From the NCBI GenBank assembly GCA_963815195.1, contig CAWFGE010000013.1, positions 544,001 to 608,000 on the forward strand: DNA of 64,000 bases, in the 5' to 3' direction. Below are positions 19,467 through 30,789 of this stretch, in pieces. The stretch is from an uncultured Planctomycetaceae bacterium. Its GTDB lineage: Bacteria; Planctomycetota; Planctomycetia; Planctomycetales; Planctomycetaceae. The notes beneath the pieces are model-generated. The model saw only the letters and a list, made by a program, of their open reading frames with translations, was not told the origin of the DNA and ran no database searches. Numbering within the stretch: position 1 is the first letter of the stretch; each line of letters opens with the position of its first letter. A program made the position numbers and the translations under genes.

Positions 19467-19766
19467 CGCGTCTGGGAATCCGATAGTCCCATTAACTTCA
19501 AGAGCCGGCGTTTGCGCCTGCGCGGAAACTCATCGCGGAGCGACGGGGTGGCTGGGGCGCAAAGGAATGTTCCAAGGAAAAAGGAGATTTGAGGCCTGGG
19601 GCCGTGTGAGATTTTTCTCTCCGGGCCACGGCCCCAACTTTCGCAGTTCAAGCCTTATTCCAAGGGGACTTGCGCCCCAGCCACCCAGACGCGTCTGGGA
19701 ATCCGATAGTCCCATTAACTTTAAGAGCCGGCGTTTGCGCCTGCGCGGAAACTCATCGCGGAGCGA
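19467..19766 (+). repeat. 77-bp direct repeat (19467-19543 and 19690-19766, 1 mismatch) flanking a 141-bp element
   Basis: CGCGTCTGGGAATCCGATAGTCCC...CATCGCGGAGCGA occurs twice. Confidence 0.9.
19546..19686. mobile_element. Non-autonomous MITE/REPIN-like element, family R4
   Basis: Terminal inverted repeats GGGTGGCTGGGGCGCAA / TTGCGCCCCAGCCACCC; homologues at 23145-23280 and, inverted, at 23338-23479. Confidence 0.75.
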
Positions 19767-19803
19767 TTCGGGGGTTTGGTTTCTGATTGAATGAGGAAAT
19801 CCC

Positions 19804-22549
19804 ATGGCGGGAGTCTCCACCAGTGTCGGACTCATCAGCGGATTGAACTACAAGGATTTGGTGGACGCCATCATCCAAGCCCAGCGCGGCGGCGCGAAGC
19901 GGATGGAAGACCGAATCTCCGGGTATCAGTCCGTCGAGAAAGGGCTGTCTTTGCTCGAAGCCACCGTGCTCGGCATCAGCACCGCCGTGCAAAGTTTGGG
20001 GAACAGTTCCACCTTCGATTCCTTTCAGGTGCAAAACAGCGACGAGGCCCAGCTTTCGGTCAAAACCACCGACAACGTCGAACCGGGAAACTATTCGTTC
20101 CAAGCCATCCGCAAAGCGGCGAACCATCAGGTTCTGAGCAAAGGCTTTGCCAACACCGACTCGCAGACGATCGGCGCGGGGACGATCACCATCGCCACCG
20201 GCGGCCGGCTCAATTCGGAAACCTTGCTCGACGCATTGAACAGCGGCGCGGGCATTCATCGGGGTGAGATTCAAATCACCGATCGCTCCGGCCAATCCGC
20301 CACGGTCGATCTTTCGAGCGCGTTTTCCGCGCAGGATGTGCTCGACGCGATCAACAACACCGCGAACATTGACGTCACGGCTTCCGTCAGCGGCGGGCAT
20401 CTGGTGCTGACCGACACGTCCGGCGCGACGGCGAACGATCTGTCCGTCGTCGACGTCAACGGCGGCAGCACCGCGGCGGATTTGGGGATCGCCCAATCCG
20501 TGAGCGCGGGCACGCTCACCGGCAGCGACGTCTACACCGTCGACGGCGCGTTTTCGCTTGCGGACATCAACGACGGCAACGGGCTGGACCGGACCAACGG
20601 CGGCCCCGATCTGCGCATCACCTTGACCGATGACAGCACCCTCGACATCAATCTCGACGGGGCCGCCACTGTGAATGACGTGGTGAACCTGATCAATAAC
20701 GACGAGAACAACGCCGGCCGAGTCTCGGCGTCGCTCGCCAACGGGCGGCTCGTGCTCCAGGATTTAAGCGGCGGGGGCGGCACCAGTTTGTTCCATGTCG
20801 AAGACATCAATACGGCCTCGGTCGTCCGGCAATTGGGCCTGGACGCGACCGCATCCGGGACGACGCTCACCGGAAACCGCCTGGCGGCGGGTTTGAACTC
20901 CGTGCTGTTGCGGAACATCAACGCAGGGCAGGGCATCACCCAGACCGGTCAGATCGATCTCACGGACCGCACGGGGGCCACCGCGTCGGTGGACCTCACC
21001 GGAGCGGAATCACTGGATGAGGTGATTTCCGCGATCAATTCCTCGGGGCTGTCGCTCGTCGCGGAGTTGAATGACCAGGGCACGGGGATCAAAGTTCGCG
21101 ACACATCCGGGGCGTCGGCTTCCAACCTGATCATCGCCGATGCCGGCGGAGGAACGACGGCCGCCGATTTGAACATCGCGGTCGATGCCGCCGTGGATTC
21201 GGTCGACTCCGGTTCGCTCCATCTGCGTTATGTCAACGGAGCCTCGGCCGTCAACCACTATGCCCCCGACGGCAGCGCGATTTCGCAGGGTTCGTTTTTG
21301 ATCCGCGACTCCGCCGGCAACGAAGCCACCCTCACCATCGGTTCGAGCGTCAAGACCATCGGCGACGTGATCGATCGCATCAACGCCGCCACCGGGGTTT
21401 CCGTGACCGCCAAACTCAACGAGTATGGCGACGGGTTTCGAACTCGTTGACGAGGCGGGCGGCGCGGGCAACTTGGAAGTGGAGGAACTCGGCGGCGACG
21501 TGGCTTCCGATTTGAGGCTCTTGGGCGGTTCGTACGTCGGCGGCGACGGCAAGCAGCACATCGCCAGCCGCGAAACCGCCGTGATCGACGTGGCCGCCGA
21601 CGACACATTGGACGATGTGATCTCGAAGTTAAACGCCTACAAAGGCACGGTCTCGGCCACGGTCTTTAACGACGGCACGACGACGAACCCCAACCGGCTG
21701 CTCTTGAACTCCACCGTCAACGGTTCCAAAGGGCGGCTGATCATCGACACCGGCGGCCTGGATTTGGGATTGAACGCCGTCACCCAGGGGCAAGATGCGC
21801 TCTTGAGTGTGAACAGCTTCGGCTCTCTCAGCTTTTTGAGGTCTTCGAGCGACAACAAGTTCGCCGACGCCGCCCCCGGTCTGGATGTGACCGTCCGTCA
21901 GCCCGGCGCGACTTCGGCGGAGATCTCGGTGACGCAGGACACATCGACGATCGAATCGGCGCTCCAGTCGTTCGTGAGCACCTATAACACCTATGTGTCC
22001 ACAACCGCGACTCTGACCAAGTTCGATTTGAGCGCCAACCAAATCGGCGCGCTCCAAGGCAGCAGCGTCCCGCTCCGCGTTTCGCAAAGGCTTCAGGATC
22101 TTGTCACGAAGCGGATCACGGCGGGCGACGGCAGCATCACCACGCTTCAGCAACTGGGCATCACCTTCGACAAGGGGGGCAAGCTCACGTTTAATTCGGA
22201 CCAGTTCCACACCCTCGTCGCCGACAATCCGCAGGGCGTTTCGGATTTCTTTCTGACAAAGGACGCCGGCTTTGCCGATCTGGCCAAGTCGATCCTGGAC
22301 AGCCTGACCGATACAAGCACCGGAACGTTCGCTCTCGAAAAAAAATCCCTCGACGACACCATCACAACGCTCACAAACCGCGTCGATGAAATCGATGCGC
22401 TCTTGGAAGTCCGCCGGCAGCGTTTGACTCAAGAGTTCGTGAATACCGAATCGATTTTGGGGACGCTCTCGTCGCAACAAAACGCGCTGAAATCGATTGC
22501 GCCTCTGAGTGTTAACACGGGCCAATCCAATAGCAACAGCAATTCCTGA
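19804..22549 (+). CDS. fliD: Flagellar filament capping protein, long (~914 aa) form (1-nt frameshift near 21434)
   Basis: GLISGLNYKDLVDAII N-terminus; repeated ITDR.G.SATVDL..A.S..DV...IN modules; C-terminal QGQDA, LQSFVSTYN, LQQLGI, RRQRLTQEF; upstream of fliS. Confidence 0.9.
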
Positions 22550-22599
22550 CATCGTCCCCGATCCCTGATTTTCAAGAAGCCAAGGAAGGAAACGACCCT

Positions 22600-23034
22600 A
22601 TGCCTGGTGCCGACGCGTATCTTTCGACGCAAGTGCTCACCGCGTCGCCTTACCGCTTGCATTTGTTCGTGGTGGATGGGGCGATCCGTTTCGCGTCCCA
22701 AGCGGCGGAGGCGATGCGGGCGAAGGACTTCGGAGCCGCGCACCTGGCGCTCGGACGCAGCCGGGATTTCGTCACCGAGCTGATAGGCGGTTTGGACGAA
22801 TCCCGCGATCCCGAATTGACCACGCGCCTGAAGCACCTGTTTTTGTTCTCTTACATGAACCTCGTCGAAGGCGAACGCGACCGGGACGTGAAGAAAGTCC
22901 AGGATGCCCTCGCCGTCCTGCGGATGCACCACGAGACGTGGATCGAGCTCGGCCTGGCGCTTCATCAATCCGCCGAAACGGACCAGTCGCCGCATTTCGC
23001 GCCCATCGACAAGCCGCGGGTGTGGAGCGCTTGA
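22600..23034 (+). CDS. fliS: Flagellar export chaperone
   Basis: YLSTQVLTASPYRLHLFVVDGAIRF, ELIGGLD, LKHLFLF, HETW. Confidence 0.9.
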   Translation: MPGADAYLSTQVLTASPYRLHLFVVDGAIRFASQAAEAMRAKDFGAAHLALGRSRDFVTELIGGLDESRDPELTTRLKHLFLFSYMNLVEGERDRDVKKVQDALAVLRMHHETWIELGLALHQSAETDQSPHFAPIDKPRVWSA

Positions 23035-23057
23035 TCCGGCTGCCATGCCGATGATTT

Positions 23058-23313
23058 CTCAAACTGTAAAGGCTTTTAACCACGAAACACACGAATGACA
23101 CGAAAGACAGCCCGATTTCTCTGAAATCCTCTTACCGGGGCGGGGGGTGGCTGGGGCGCAAAGGAATGTTCCGAGGAAAAAGGAGATTTGAGGCCTGGGG
23201 TCTGGGGACGCGTCAGAGATTTCTCGCCCGGTTACAGCCCCAGCATTCGCAATTCAAGCCTAATTTGCGCCCAGCCACCCAACCGCTCGTGGTTGATCCA
23301 CTTACAGTTTAAG
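23058..23313. mobile_element. Composite non-autonomous element A with CTCAAACTGTAA/TTACAGTTTAAG ends, carrying a CACGAA module and an R4 module
   Basis: 23058-23133 matches the reverse complement of 48833-48908 with a few mismatches; R4 copy at 23145-23280. Confidence 0.65.
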
Positions 23314-23319
23314 CTATTT

Positions 23320-23510
23320 CTCAAACTGTAAGCCTTTGGGTGGCTCGGGCGCAAATTCTCCTTGGAGTAAGGCTGGAACTGTGAATGCTGGGGCTATGGC
23401 CGAGCGAGAAAAACTTCACACAGCCCCAGACCTCAAATCTGCTTTTTCCTTGGAACATTCCATTGCGCCCCAGCCACCCCCGCTCGTGGTTGATCCACTT
23501 ACAGTTTAAG
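23320..23510. mobile_element. Composite non-autonomous element B with the same ends, carrying an inverted R4 module
   Basis: CTCAAACTGTAA at 23320; R4 at 23338-23479; CGCTCGTGGTTGATCCACTTACAGTTTAAG shared with the right end of element A. Confidence 0.65.
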
Positions 23511-24381
23511 TTATTTGAAATTCAAATCTTCGCTGCGGGGAAGTTCGCTGAGGTCGCCCAAACCGAAGATTTGCAGAAACCGGGGCGTGGTGTGGTAGGT
23601 GACATCTTTGGCCGATTTCCCGTTGCGCTCGAGGCCGATGATCTCCCGCCGCAATAATTGCCGGAGCACGCCGTTGGGGTTGGGTTTTCCGGATTGCTCG
23701 ATGTCCTCTTTGGTGATGGGTTGCCGATAGGCGACCAGCGCCAGCACTTCGAGGGCTTCCTGGGAAAGCCGGACTTCTTTGGGACCGAAGCCGTAGCTTT
23801 TGTTGCGGACGTTCTCGAATTCGGGCCGGAGCACCATCCGGTATCCCCCCTCATCCAGGCGAATTTCATAAGGCCGGTTCTCATCGTCGTATCGCAGATT
23901 GAGTTCGTCGATAGACCGCTCGATGAAATCGCGATCGAACTCGTCCCGCAGGACGCCGGAAAGGCGTTTGATCGTCAAAGGCATCCCGCCGACAAACAGA
24001 GCGGCCTCGATGATCCGCGCCGGTTCGGATCCGCGGAAGCGGCCGATCGGTTCCCGGGTCCTCGGCCGCGGGCGATTGATTTTCCACGGGGACAATCGTC
24101 CCGGCAATGCCCGGAAAGTCATTCAGCGAGCCGACCCCTTCGCCGTCGTCCTCGCCTCCGGGTTCCCCTTCCTGGCCGTCCAACAATTCTCTCGCGGCGG
24201 GGAGTTCCTGCTCGACATGATCGAGAGCCGAGACGGCTTTCTGATATGCCAACTCCAAATCCTCGCCGCTCCAGAAATCGTCGGCCTCGTCCACGTTCGC
24301 AGAATCCTCCTCGAAACTCCGCGGCACACGTGCGTCGGCTTCATTCGAGAAATCCGGAGAACAATCCTCTGGAACCGGCAT
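23511..24381 (-). CDS. scpB: SMC-Scp complex subunit ScpB with an acidic N-terminal extension (frameshift near 24030)
   Basis: IIEAALFVGG, GGYRM.LRPEF, LSQEALEVLALVAYRQPITK, YHTTPRFLQIFGL..LSELP; upstream frame MPVPED... after GGAGG. Confidence 0.88.
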
Positions 24382-24629
24382 CCGTGCCTCCGCTTGAATG
24401 AAAAAAATCGCGATCGGACGCAAAACTATACGCCGATCGGAGCCTTCGCTTCAATCCCGAACTGTGAACCGAATGAATTCCCCGGCCAATCTTCATGGTA
24501 AAATCAGACTGGCTCCTTGCAGATGGCGGGCTTCGCCAATTTGCGGGGGCGGCGGAGTTTGGGCAAATTCGCGGCGCCCGCGGGACGGTGGAGTTCTTTT
24601 TTCCTTGAATCACCAACCGGACGGCAACG

Positions 24630-24893
24630 ATGACCGACCTCACCAACCCGCGGTGGATTTACCTCAAAGGTGTTTTATTCTTTCTGTGCGCCGCGGCTTC
24701 CTGCGGATTGATTCTATACGAATTCTGGAACCCGCGGCTGATCTTGCTCATCGCCATCGCGATCTGGAGTTCCGCCCGGTTTTATTATTTTGCGTTTTAC
24801 GTCATCGAGCATTACGTCGATCCAGGCTACAAATTCGCCGGCTTGGGAGCGTTCGTGATGTACCTCTTCCGCAAATCCCGAGGGGCGGAATAG
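24630..24893 (+). CDS. Small hypothetical membrane protein
   Basis: 87 aa with hydrophobic helices; WIYLKGVLF and RFYYFAFYVIEHYVDPGYKFAGL. Confidence 0.7.
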   Translation: MTDLTNPRWIYLKGVLFFLCAAASCGLILYEFWNPRLILLIAIAIWSSARFYYFAFYVIEHYVDPGYKFAGLGAFVMYLFRKSRGAE

Positions 24894-24896
24894 AAA

Positions 24897-24929
24897 AGAA
24901 CCCAGCGTTTTTGAAAACGCCGGGTTCTC
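24897..24929. terminator. Bidirectional terminator-like hairpin
   Basis: AGAACCCAGCGTTTT-tg-AAAACGCCGGGTTCT between convergent genes. Confidence 0.55.
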
Positions 24930-24956
24930 CATCAGGTCGTCGACGACCGGCAGCGG

Positions 24957-25457
24957 TCAATCTTTGATGTCGTACTCGAACGTGTTCTCTCCTTTTTTGA
25001 CCTCAAAGACGATGCCGCTCGTACTGTGGTCGGCGTATTTCTGGGGGATCTCGGACGTCCCCGCATCATCCTTCTTGCCGCTTTTGGTCCTGGCCATTTC
25101 GGCTTCCATCGCCTTGTCCGGGTCAAGCGCTTCCGACGAGCCGCCCCCCGGAGTGACGGCGACTTCATAGTCGCCTGTTGGGATCTGTGTTGCTGCGCTG
25201 TCCGTTCCGATGGTGGGCTGGAATGTGCCGTCCGCACCGACCACCCCCGTGGCGGTTGCTCCAAGTTTTTTGTGATAGAAGGAGACCAAAGTTCCTTCGG
25301 GAGCGGGCTTGCCTTTCAGCAGGAGCTTGCCTTTGACGGACCCCGTGGGACCGTCATAGGCGGATTCGTCGCCTCCCGAACAGCCGCAGAACGTCATGGC
25401 CAGAAATGCGAAAACGAGCAGCCATCCGCCGTGTTTGTGTGAATGATAGCGTACCAT
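24957..25457 (-). CDS. Carboxypeptidase-regulatory-like lipoprotein (typical DUF1559 partner)
   Basis: Lipobox [42 protein letters not shown]. Confidence 0.8.
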   Translation of the reverse strand: MVRYHSHKHGGWLLVFAFLAMTFCGCSGGDESAYDGPTGSVKGKLLLKGKPAPEGTLVSFYHKKLGATATGVVGADGTFQPTIGTDSAATQIPTGDYEVAVTPGGGSSEALDPDKAMEAEMARTKSGKKDDAGTSEIPQKYADHSTSGIVFEVKKGENTFEYDIKD

Positions 25458-25603
25458 ATTCTTCACCGTCCCAATTGAAGTCCAGAATACTTGGGGCTTG
25501 CAGTAGAAACGGGCCCCCGGCGTCCGCGCGGAACGCCGAACGTCCCAATCGATTGGCTGCAAACAAGAATTGTCATCCCTCAGACAGAAACGCGCTTTGG
25601 AGA

Positions 25604-26596
25604 CTAAAAGTTGCCCACGGGCTGACTGTCGGCCCGAAGCGCGAGGCGTCTGAGGATGGCCATGTTGAGGCTGCTGCTGAGGAAGTTGACGCGGCCATCG
25701 GCAAACACGGCCTGGACGCCGCCGACGTGCGCCGAAATCAGGGGGTTATTGACCCCGTGGTTTTCGTTGACGCCGTTGAGGTTGTACCGATGGTCCCCGA
25801 TCGCATACCGGACGGTGGTGATGTTGAACTGCCGTCTGCGGCTGTTGTCTTCGTAGGTGCCCATCATAAAGCCGTGGGGATAGGACGCGTCGGTGCGTTT
25901 TTTATTGCCATTGTTGTCGACGGCCCAGTCGGAGGTTTCGCTGATGCACATCGTATTGCTGGGGCCGTCGGTAATATCTCTGATGCGAACGACCGTGCCC
26001 GCGTTCCGCGCGCAGCGGTTGCACCCTACCAGAACGCCGTTTTGCGAATAGAAGGAGCTCGTGCTGCCTCCGCCGCAGCATTGCGTCGTGTCGCCGCGGT
26101 CTCCCGACTGATTGGGGACGCCGTTGCCTCCTTGAGCCCCCGCGATGCCGACGTACGAGGCGACCGTCATGCCTTTGCACCAGGTGGTTGTCACGACTTC
26201 GGGCAAGGGGCTGGACGGGCATCGCAGCACGGCGAGTTGGGCCTGGCCGTTGGTTCCCAGGTTCTGGCACTGGGTCGAGTAGCCCGTGTTGGCCGAACTG
26301 AAGTTGAATTTCTTATACAAAGGCCCTTGGTCGATATAGGGAAGAATGCCCGCGTACCAACTGATACCCCAGCCCCGTCCGCGAACACCAATTGGAAAAC
26401 TCCCAAACGTGTCGTGATAGTTGTGCAGAGCCAAGCCGAGTTGTTTGAGGTTGTTCTTGCAAGTGGAACGGCGGGCCGCCTCGCGGGCTTGCTGCACGGC
26501 GGGCAGCAGGAGCGCAATTAAGATCGCAATAATGGCGATCACCACCAATAATTCAATCAACGTAAATCCCCGCCGACGCCATTTTGCTCGTGTCAT
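25604..26596 (-). CDS. DUF1559 family prepilin-type (PulG-like) protein
   Basis: [61 protein letters not shown]9-DG motif [12 protein letters not shown]. Confidence 0.95.
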   Translation of the reverse strand: MTRAKWRRRGFTLIELLVVIAIIAILIALLLPAVQQAREAARRSTCKNNLKQLGLALHNYHDTFGSFPIGVRGRGWGISWYAGILPYIDQGPLYKKFNFSSANTGYSTQCQNLGTNGQAQLAVLRCPSSPLPEVVTTTWCKGMTVASYVGIAGAQGGNGVPNQSGDRGDTTQCCGGGSTSSFYSQNGVLVGCNRCARNAGTVVRIRDITDGPSNTMCISETSDWAVDNNGNKKRTDASYPHGFMMGTYEDNSRRRQFNITTVRYAIGDHRYNLNGVNENHGVNNPLISAHVGGVQAVFADGRVNFLSSSLNMAILRRLALRADSQPVGNF

Positions 26597-27090
26597 CACA
26601 TTTCTCCTGAAGAAAGGAAAAAAAGAAAAAAATAGGGAAACGAAGGCACTCCCTTGAGAACCGACCGGTGATGGAAAAAGATTCGGTGAAGGAAGGATAA
26701 GGTGATGTGGGAAACGGGAATGTTTCCGGAAAAACTCACCAAAACCCAATCGATGATTGCTCTGTGTTAAGAGTTCTTTGTAAACGGGTTATTGGAAAGC
26801 TTTGGTCGGCTTGGAAATCCAACATATGTCAATGTGCTGGAAAATGCAACCATAATCGGACTGGGGGATTCCCTCAGGAAGGGCTGTTGAGAATGCGAGC
26901 GGGAGATTCGTGACGCTCGCGGGATCACACGATCGCACGCAGAGGCGAATAGACGCTTGACGGCGTGTTTTGCGGGCTTTTACGATCGGTGATGTGATGT
27001 GATTTGACCTGTCCTGTTTCCAATTCAAGCTGGTGGAGCGTTTATCGGTCGCCTCAGACCGAACGTCGCGCATTTTGGTGGAATCTTGCC

Positions 27091-28836
27091 ATGAAACACC
27101 GCCGAAGTTCCGGCGTGGGATTGATGCTGCTGGCCGCCTGGGTTTGGCAGGGATGTGCAGAAACGGAGATTCCTTCCCCAGCCAAAACGCCGTCGGCCAC
27201 CCGCATCGAATCGGCGGTCGATGCCCCTACGCCTCGGCCTCCGCTCGCGGACGATTGGTTTGAAGAGGTGACTTCGCAGACCGGCGTGAAGTCCATTTAC
27301 CGGAGCGGGCGGGATGCGGGATTTTACTCCATTCTCGAAACCGTGGGCGGCGGCGTGGCGGTGTTCGATTACGACCAGGACGGGGACATGGATTTGTTTT
27401 TTCCCGCCGGCGGGCAAATGCAGAACGGTCCCCCCGCCGTGCGCGGTTTGCCGGGGACGCTTTATCGTAACGAAGGGGATTGGAGTTTCCGGGACGTGAC
27501 GCGGGATGCCGGCCTCGAAGAGCCCGGCGATTATTCGCACGGCTGCGCGGTCAGCGATTTCAACCGGGACGGCTGGCCGGATTTGTTCGTCACCTGCTAC
27601 GGGCAGAGCCGATTGTATCGAAACGAAAACGGGAAGCGGTTTTCGGATGTCACGCATGTCGCAGGGTTGGCCGATTCTTCTTGGAGCACGGCGGCGGCTT
27701 GGGGGGACGTGAACCGGGACGGCTGGCCGGATTTGTACGTGGCGAGTTATCTGAATTGGCGTCTCGATCCCCAAGACGTTTGTGAAGACCCCGGCGAGAA
27801 AACCCGCGACGTGTGCCCGCCGCAAAAGTATCCCGCCGCGATGGACCGGCTGTTTCTCAATCATCAAGGCATGCGTTTTGAGGATGTCACGGAGCAGGCG
27901 CAGCTCAGCCGCGAAGGCAAAGGCCTGGGGGTCGTGGCGGCCGACTTGAACCGCGATGGCTGGCTGGATTTTTACGTCGCCAACGATGCGGTGGCCAATC
28001 AAATGTATTTGGGCGGCCCGACATTTCCCTTTCGTGACGCGGCTCCAACTTCGGGGACGGCACTCAATGAGTTCGGCGCTCCCGAAGGAAGCATGGGAGT
28101 GGACTTTAGCGATTACAACGGAGACGGGCGGGGCGACTTGTTTCTGACCAACTTTGAAATGGAGGACAACTCGCTGTATCGGCATCTGGACAGAGACGTC
28201 TTCGTGCACGCGACGGTTGTCGCGGGCTTGGGCGGCCGGAGCCGGACGTTCGTCGGCTTCGGCACCGGCTTTGCCGACTTTGACGGAGACGGCTGGCAGG
28301 ATTTGTATGTGATCAACGGGCACGTTTTTTACCACCGCGGCCGAAGCCCATTTCGGCAACCGGCGTTTTTGCTGCGGAACGACCAAGGCAACTCGTTCCA
28401 GGACGTGTCGGCCCGCGGGGGACCGTGGTTCAGCGTGCCGCATCCGGGCCGGGGCGCCGCCGTCGGCGATTTGGACAATGATGGCGCTCTCGATCTGGTG
28501 ATCGTCAACCAGGATGCGCCCGCCGCCATTTTGCGAAACCGCCGGCGGCCCGCGAACTGGATTCGGCTGCGGCTTCGCGGAACGCGTTCCGATCCGTTCG
28601 CAGTGGGAGCCAGCCTTTCGTTGGAAAATCGAGGCCGAACGCTGGTGCGGTTCGTTCGCGGCGGAGGGGGTTATCTTTCGCATTCCGATCGGCGAATCTT
28701 GCTGCCCGTGCCGGATGGTCACGAAACCGTCCAAGTCACTGTCCGCTGGCCGAGCGGCCGCGAGGAACACTTCAAAGATTTGACACCCCGGCAAACCAAC
28801 GATCTGGTGGAAGGGACCGGCACGCGTGACGAATGA
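27091..28836 (+). CDS. CRTAC1 family protein (FG-GAP/VCBS repeats plus ASPIC-UnbV domain)
   Basis: Multiple D.D/N.DG..DL motifs; GSMGVD; GRGAAVGDLDNDG; GGGYLSHSD; VRWPSG. Confidence 0.9.
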   Translation: MKHRRSSGVGLMLLAAWVWQGCAETEIPSPAKTPSATRIESAVDAPTPRPPLADDWFEEVTSQTGVKSIYRSGRDAGFYSILETVGGGVAVFDYDQDGDMDLFFPAGGQMQNGPPAVRGLPGTLYRNEGDWSFRDVTRDAGLEEPGDYSHGCAVSDFNRDGWPDLFVTCYGQSRLYRNENGKRFSDVTHVAGLADSSWSTAAAWGDVNRDGWPDLYVASYLNWRLDPQDVCEDPGEKTRDVCPPQKYPAAMDRLFLNHQGMRFEDVTEQAQLSREGKGLGVVAADLNRDGWLDFYVANDAVANQMYLGGPTFPFRDAAPTSGTALNEFGAPEGSMGVDFSDYNGDGRGDLFLTNFEMEDNSLYRHLDRDVFVHATVVAGLGGRSRTFVGFGTGFADFDGDGWQDLYVINGHVFYHRGRSPFRQPAFLLRNDQGNSFQDVSARGGPWFSVPHPGRGAAVGDLDNDGALDLVIVNQDAPAAILRNRRRPANWIRLRLRGTRSDPFAVGASLSLENRGRTLVRFVRGGGGYLSHSDRRILLPVPDGHETVQVTVRWPSGREEHFKDLTPRQTNDLVEGTGTRDE

Positions 28837-30022
28837 CAAATCGACGGCCGTTCGCAGCTTTCGTCCGCCCCGCATCCGCTGGAAATGGGCGGTGGCGTCG
28901 ATCGCGCTGCTCGCCGGAGCCTTGGGTTATTGGGCGTTTCAGACCCCCAGTGGATTGTATTGGCGGGCGAAGCGGCTTGCAAAATCGGACCCGGAAACGG
29001 CCGAGCAACTCGTGATGGAAAGCGTGGGTCTTGCCGATGGCAATTATCCGCCGGCTCAGCTTTTGTGGTGCCGGCTGTTGGCGAAATCCGGCCGCTGGAC
29101 GGAAGCCTTGGGCGCGTTCAGCCAAATCCAGGACGGTTCGGCGTGCGACCAGGCGGAGCTTTTGGAACTCGCAAAACAGGCGCTCGCCGCCCGTCAGAAT
29201 TTGATGGCACAATACGCACTCATGGCCGCGGATCGGCCGGGACCGGCGCGAATCCAAGTGCTCGAAATGCTCATTTCCTTAAAACTCGAGGGGCGGCAAT
29301 CCTCCGACGCGATCGCTCTGGCCAAAAAACTCAGCCGGCAATCGCCCGAAAGCGTTTTGGCCTGGCTGGTGATCTCGCAAGTCGCGCTCGAGCAGAAAGA
29401 TCTCAAGGAAGCCCTCGTCGCCGGCCGGCGGGGGCTAAAGTGCCATCCGTCCCCCCAAGACGAAGCGGCCCTTCGGAACATCCTGGTGCAGGTGCTGATG
29501 GATACGGGCGACATGGCGGCAGCGCGGCAGGAGATGGACCGCCTGCTCGCCGCGGGCCCGCCCACCGATGCCGTGCACATCAAGCATGCCTTTCTCCTGC
29601 GCTATGAAGGCCGCACAAACGACGCGATGAAAGAAATCAATCAGGTGCTCGATCACGCGCCTGGCTCCAATCGGGCGCGGATGGTGCGAGGCATGCTGCT
29701 GTTCGATCAAGGCGCGTTCCAAGCGGCTCTTGCGGATTTCACCGCGGTGGTCGATGCCGATCCCTACAATAAAGAAGCCCACTACAAGTTCGCCCAATCC
29801 GCGAGCCGGTTGGGAAAGTCCGAACTGGCGAACAGGCATTTGGAAATCAGCAACCGGTTGACGACAGCCACGGTAAAAGTGATGGAAACCGAAGCGGAAG
29901 TTGCGCGGGATCCCCGGAACCCCGAGCGATTGCGAGAGTTGGCGAATCTGTACGATCAACTCGGGCGTTTTCAACAAGCGGCAACACTCCGCCGGCACTT
30001 GGAAACCGTGACGATTCGGTAA
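28826..30022 (+). CDS. Tetratricopeptide repeat protein with N-terminal membrane anchor
   Basis: Hydrophobic N-terminal helix; TPR-like helices (EAHYKFAQ..LG, LRELANLYDQLGRFQQA); overlaps the CRTAC1 stop. Confidence 0.8.
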   Translation: MTNDKSTAVRSFRPPRIRWKWAVASIALLAGALGYWAFQTPSGLYWRAKRLAKSDPETAEQLVMESVGLADGNYPPAQLLWCRLLAKSGRWTEALGAFSQIQDGSACDQAELLELAKQALAARQNLMAQYALMAADRPGPARIQVLEMLISLKLEGRQSSDAIALAKKLSRQSPESVLAWLVISQVALEQKDLKEALVAGRRGLKCHPSPQDEAALRNILVQVLMDTGDMAAARQEMDRLLAAGPPTDAVHIKHAFLLRYEGRTNDAMKEINQVLDHAPGSNRARMVRGMLLFDQGAFQAALADFTAVVDADPYNKEAHYKFAQSASRLGKSELANRHLEISNRLTTATVKVMETEAEVARDPRNPERLRELANLYDQLGRFQQAATLRRHLETVTIR

Positions 30023-30384
30023 AGACGCCACATTGCAATCCATGGCGATTCATTAAAAAAATGCCAGGCGTGTCGTCTGCACCCTTGCAAAAAATATATT
30101 AAAAATGACCGGCGAATTGGGATTTGTCAGAACATTTCGAAACGGCCACAGGGACGATTTTCCTACGCAAATTGGGGAAATCGCCGCGAATTGTTGTGCG
30201 TTTTGTGTTCCATTCGATGGTACGAATCGTGTGGGAATTTCCCCTACGGTAATTTAGTGAAAATACTAACTTGACGTGGCGCGGAATTTCATTTACCTTT
30301 ATCGTAACGAGTTGGGTTGAGGGGCGGGTGCGGAGACACTCCGAAACTCCTCAAAAGTGGAATTTTATCCCCAAGCTGATTGCC

Positions 30385-30789
30385 ATGGTGCGCAACACAC
30401 ACAATCTCAGCAACGGCTCCCCGCGATGGGTGAAGTGGTGCTGTCGTTTTGTGCTTTTGGCGGCTCTGGCTCCTGTCGCATTGTCTCTGAGTGCGGTGCA
30501 AGGTTGGGCGGATGCACCCTCCGGAGCTCAACTCGTCAACGGGTCTCACGCGATCCGCGAGTCGGGACGGCTCACCCTGCCACTCGATGCGTTACAACAT
30601 CTCGGCCGGCACATCGCTTATGAGTCGGAAGAGAATCGCGAATCGGAAGTGGAGTCGCACGCTCCCATCCTGTGCACATTGCCCACTGTGCGGTTGCAGA
30701 ACACTCCGGTGATCTCCCGCATTGGGGCGGTCAGCGAGCAAGCCCGGGTTTCGGTGCTGCTGTCGCTCGCGTTGCCCATGCTTTGCTAA
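30385..30789 (+). CDS. Small hypothetical exported protein upstream of the efflux cluster
   Basis: Hydrophobic signal-like N-terminus and acidic ESEENRESEVE patch; same strand as the MFP gene. Confidence 0.45.
   Translation: MVRNTHNLSNGSPRWVKWCCRFVLLAALAPVALSLSAVQGWADAPSGAQLVNGSHAIRESGRLTLPLDALQHLGRHIAYESEENRESEVESHAPILCTLPTVRLQNTPVISRIGAVSEQARVSVLLSLALPMLC

Noticed and set aside
19467..23510. Repeat-spacer-repeat patterns as a CRISPR array
   Set aside because: Only two copies of each repeat, the 77-bp repeat is too long, the intervening DNA is itself a repeat element, and no cas genes are present
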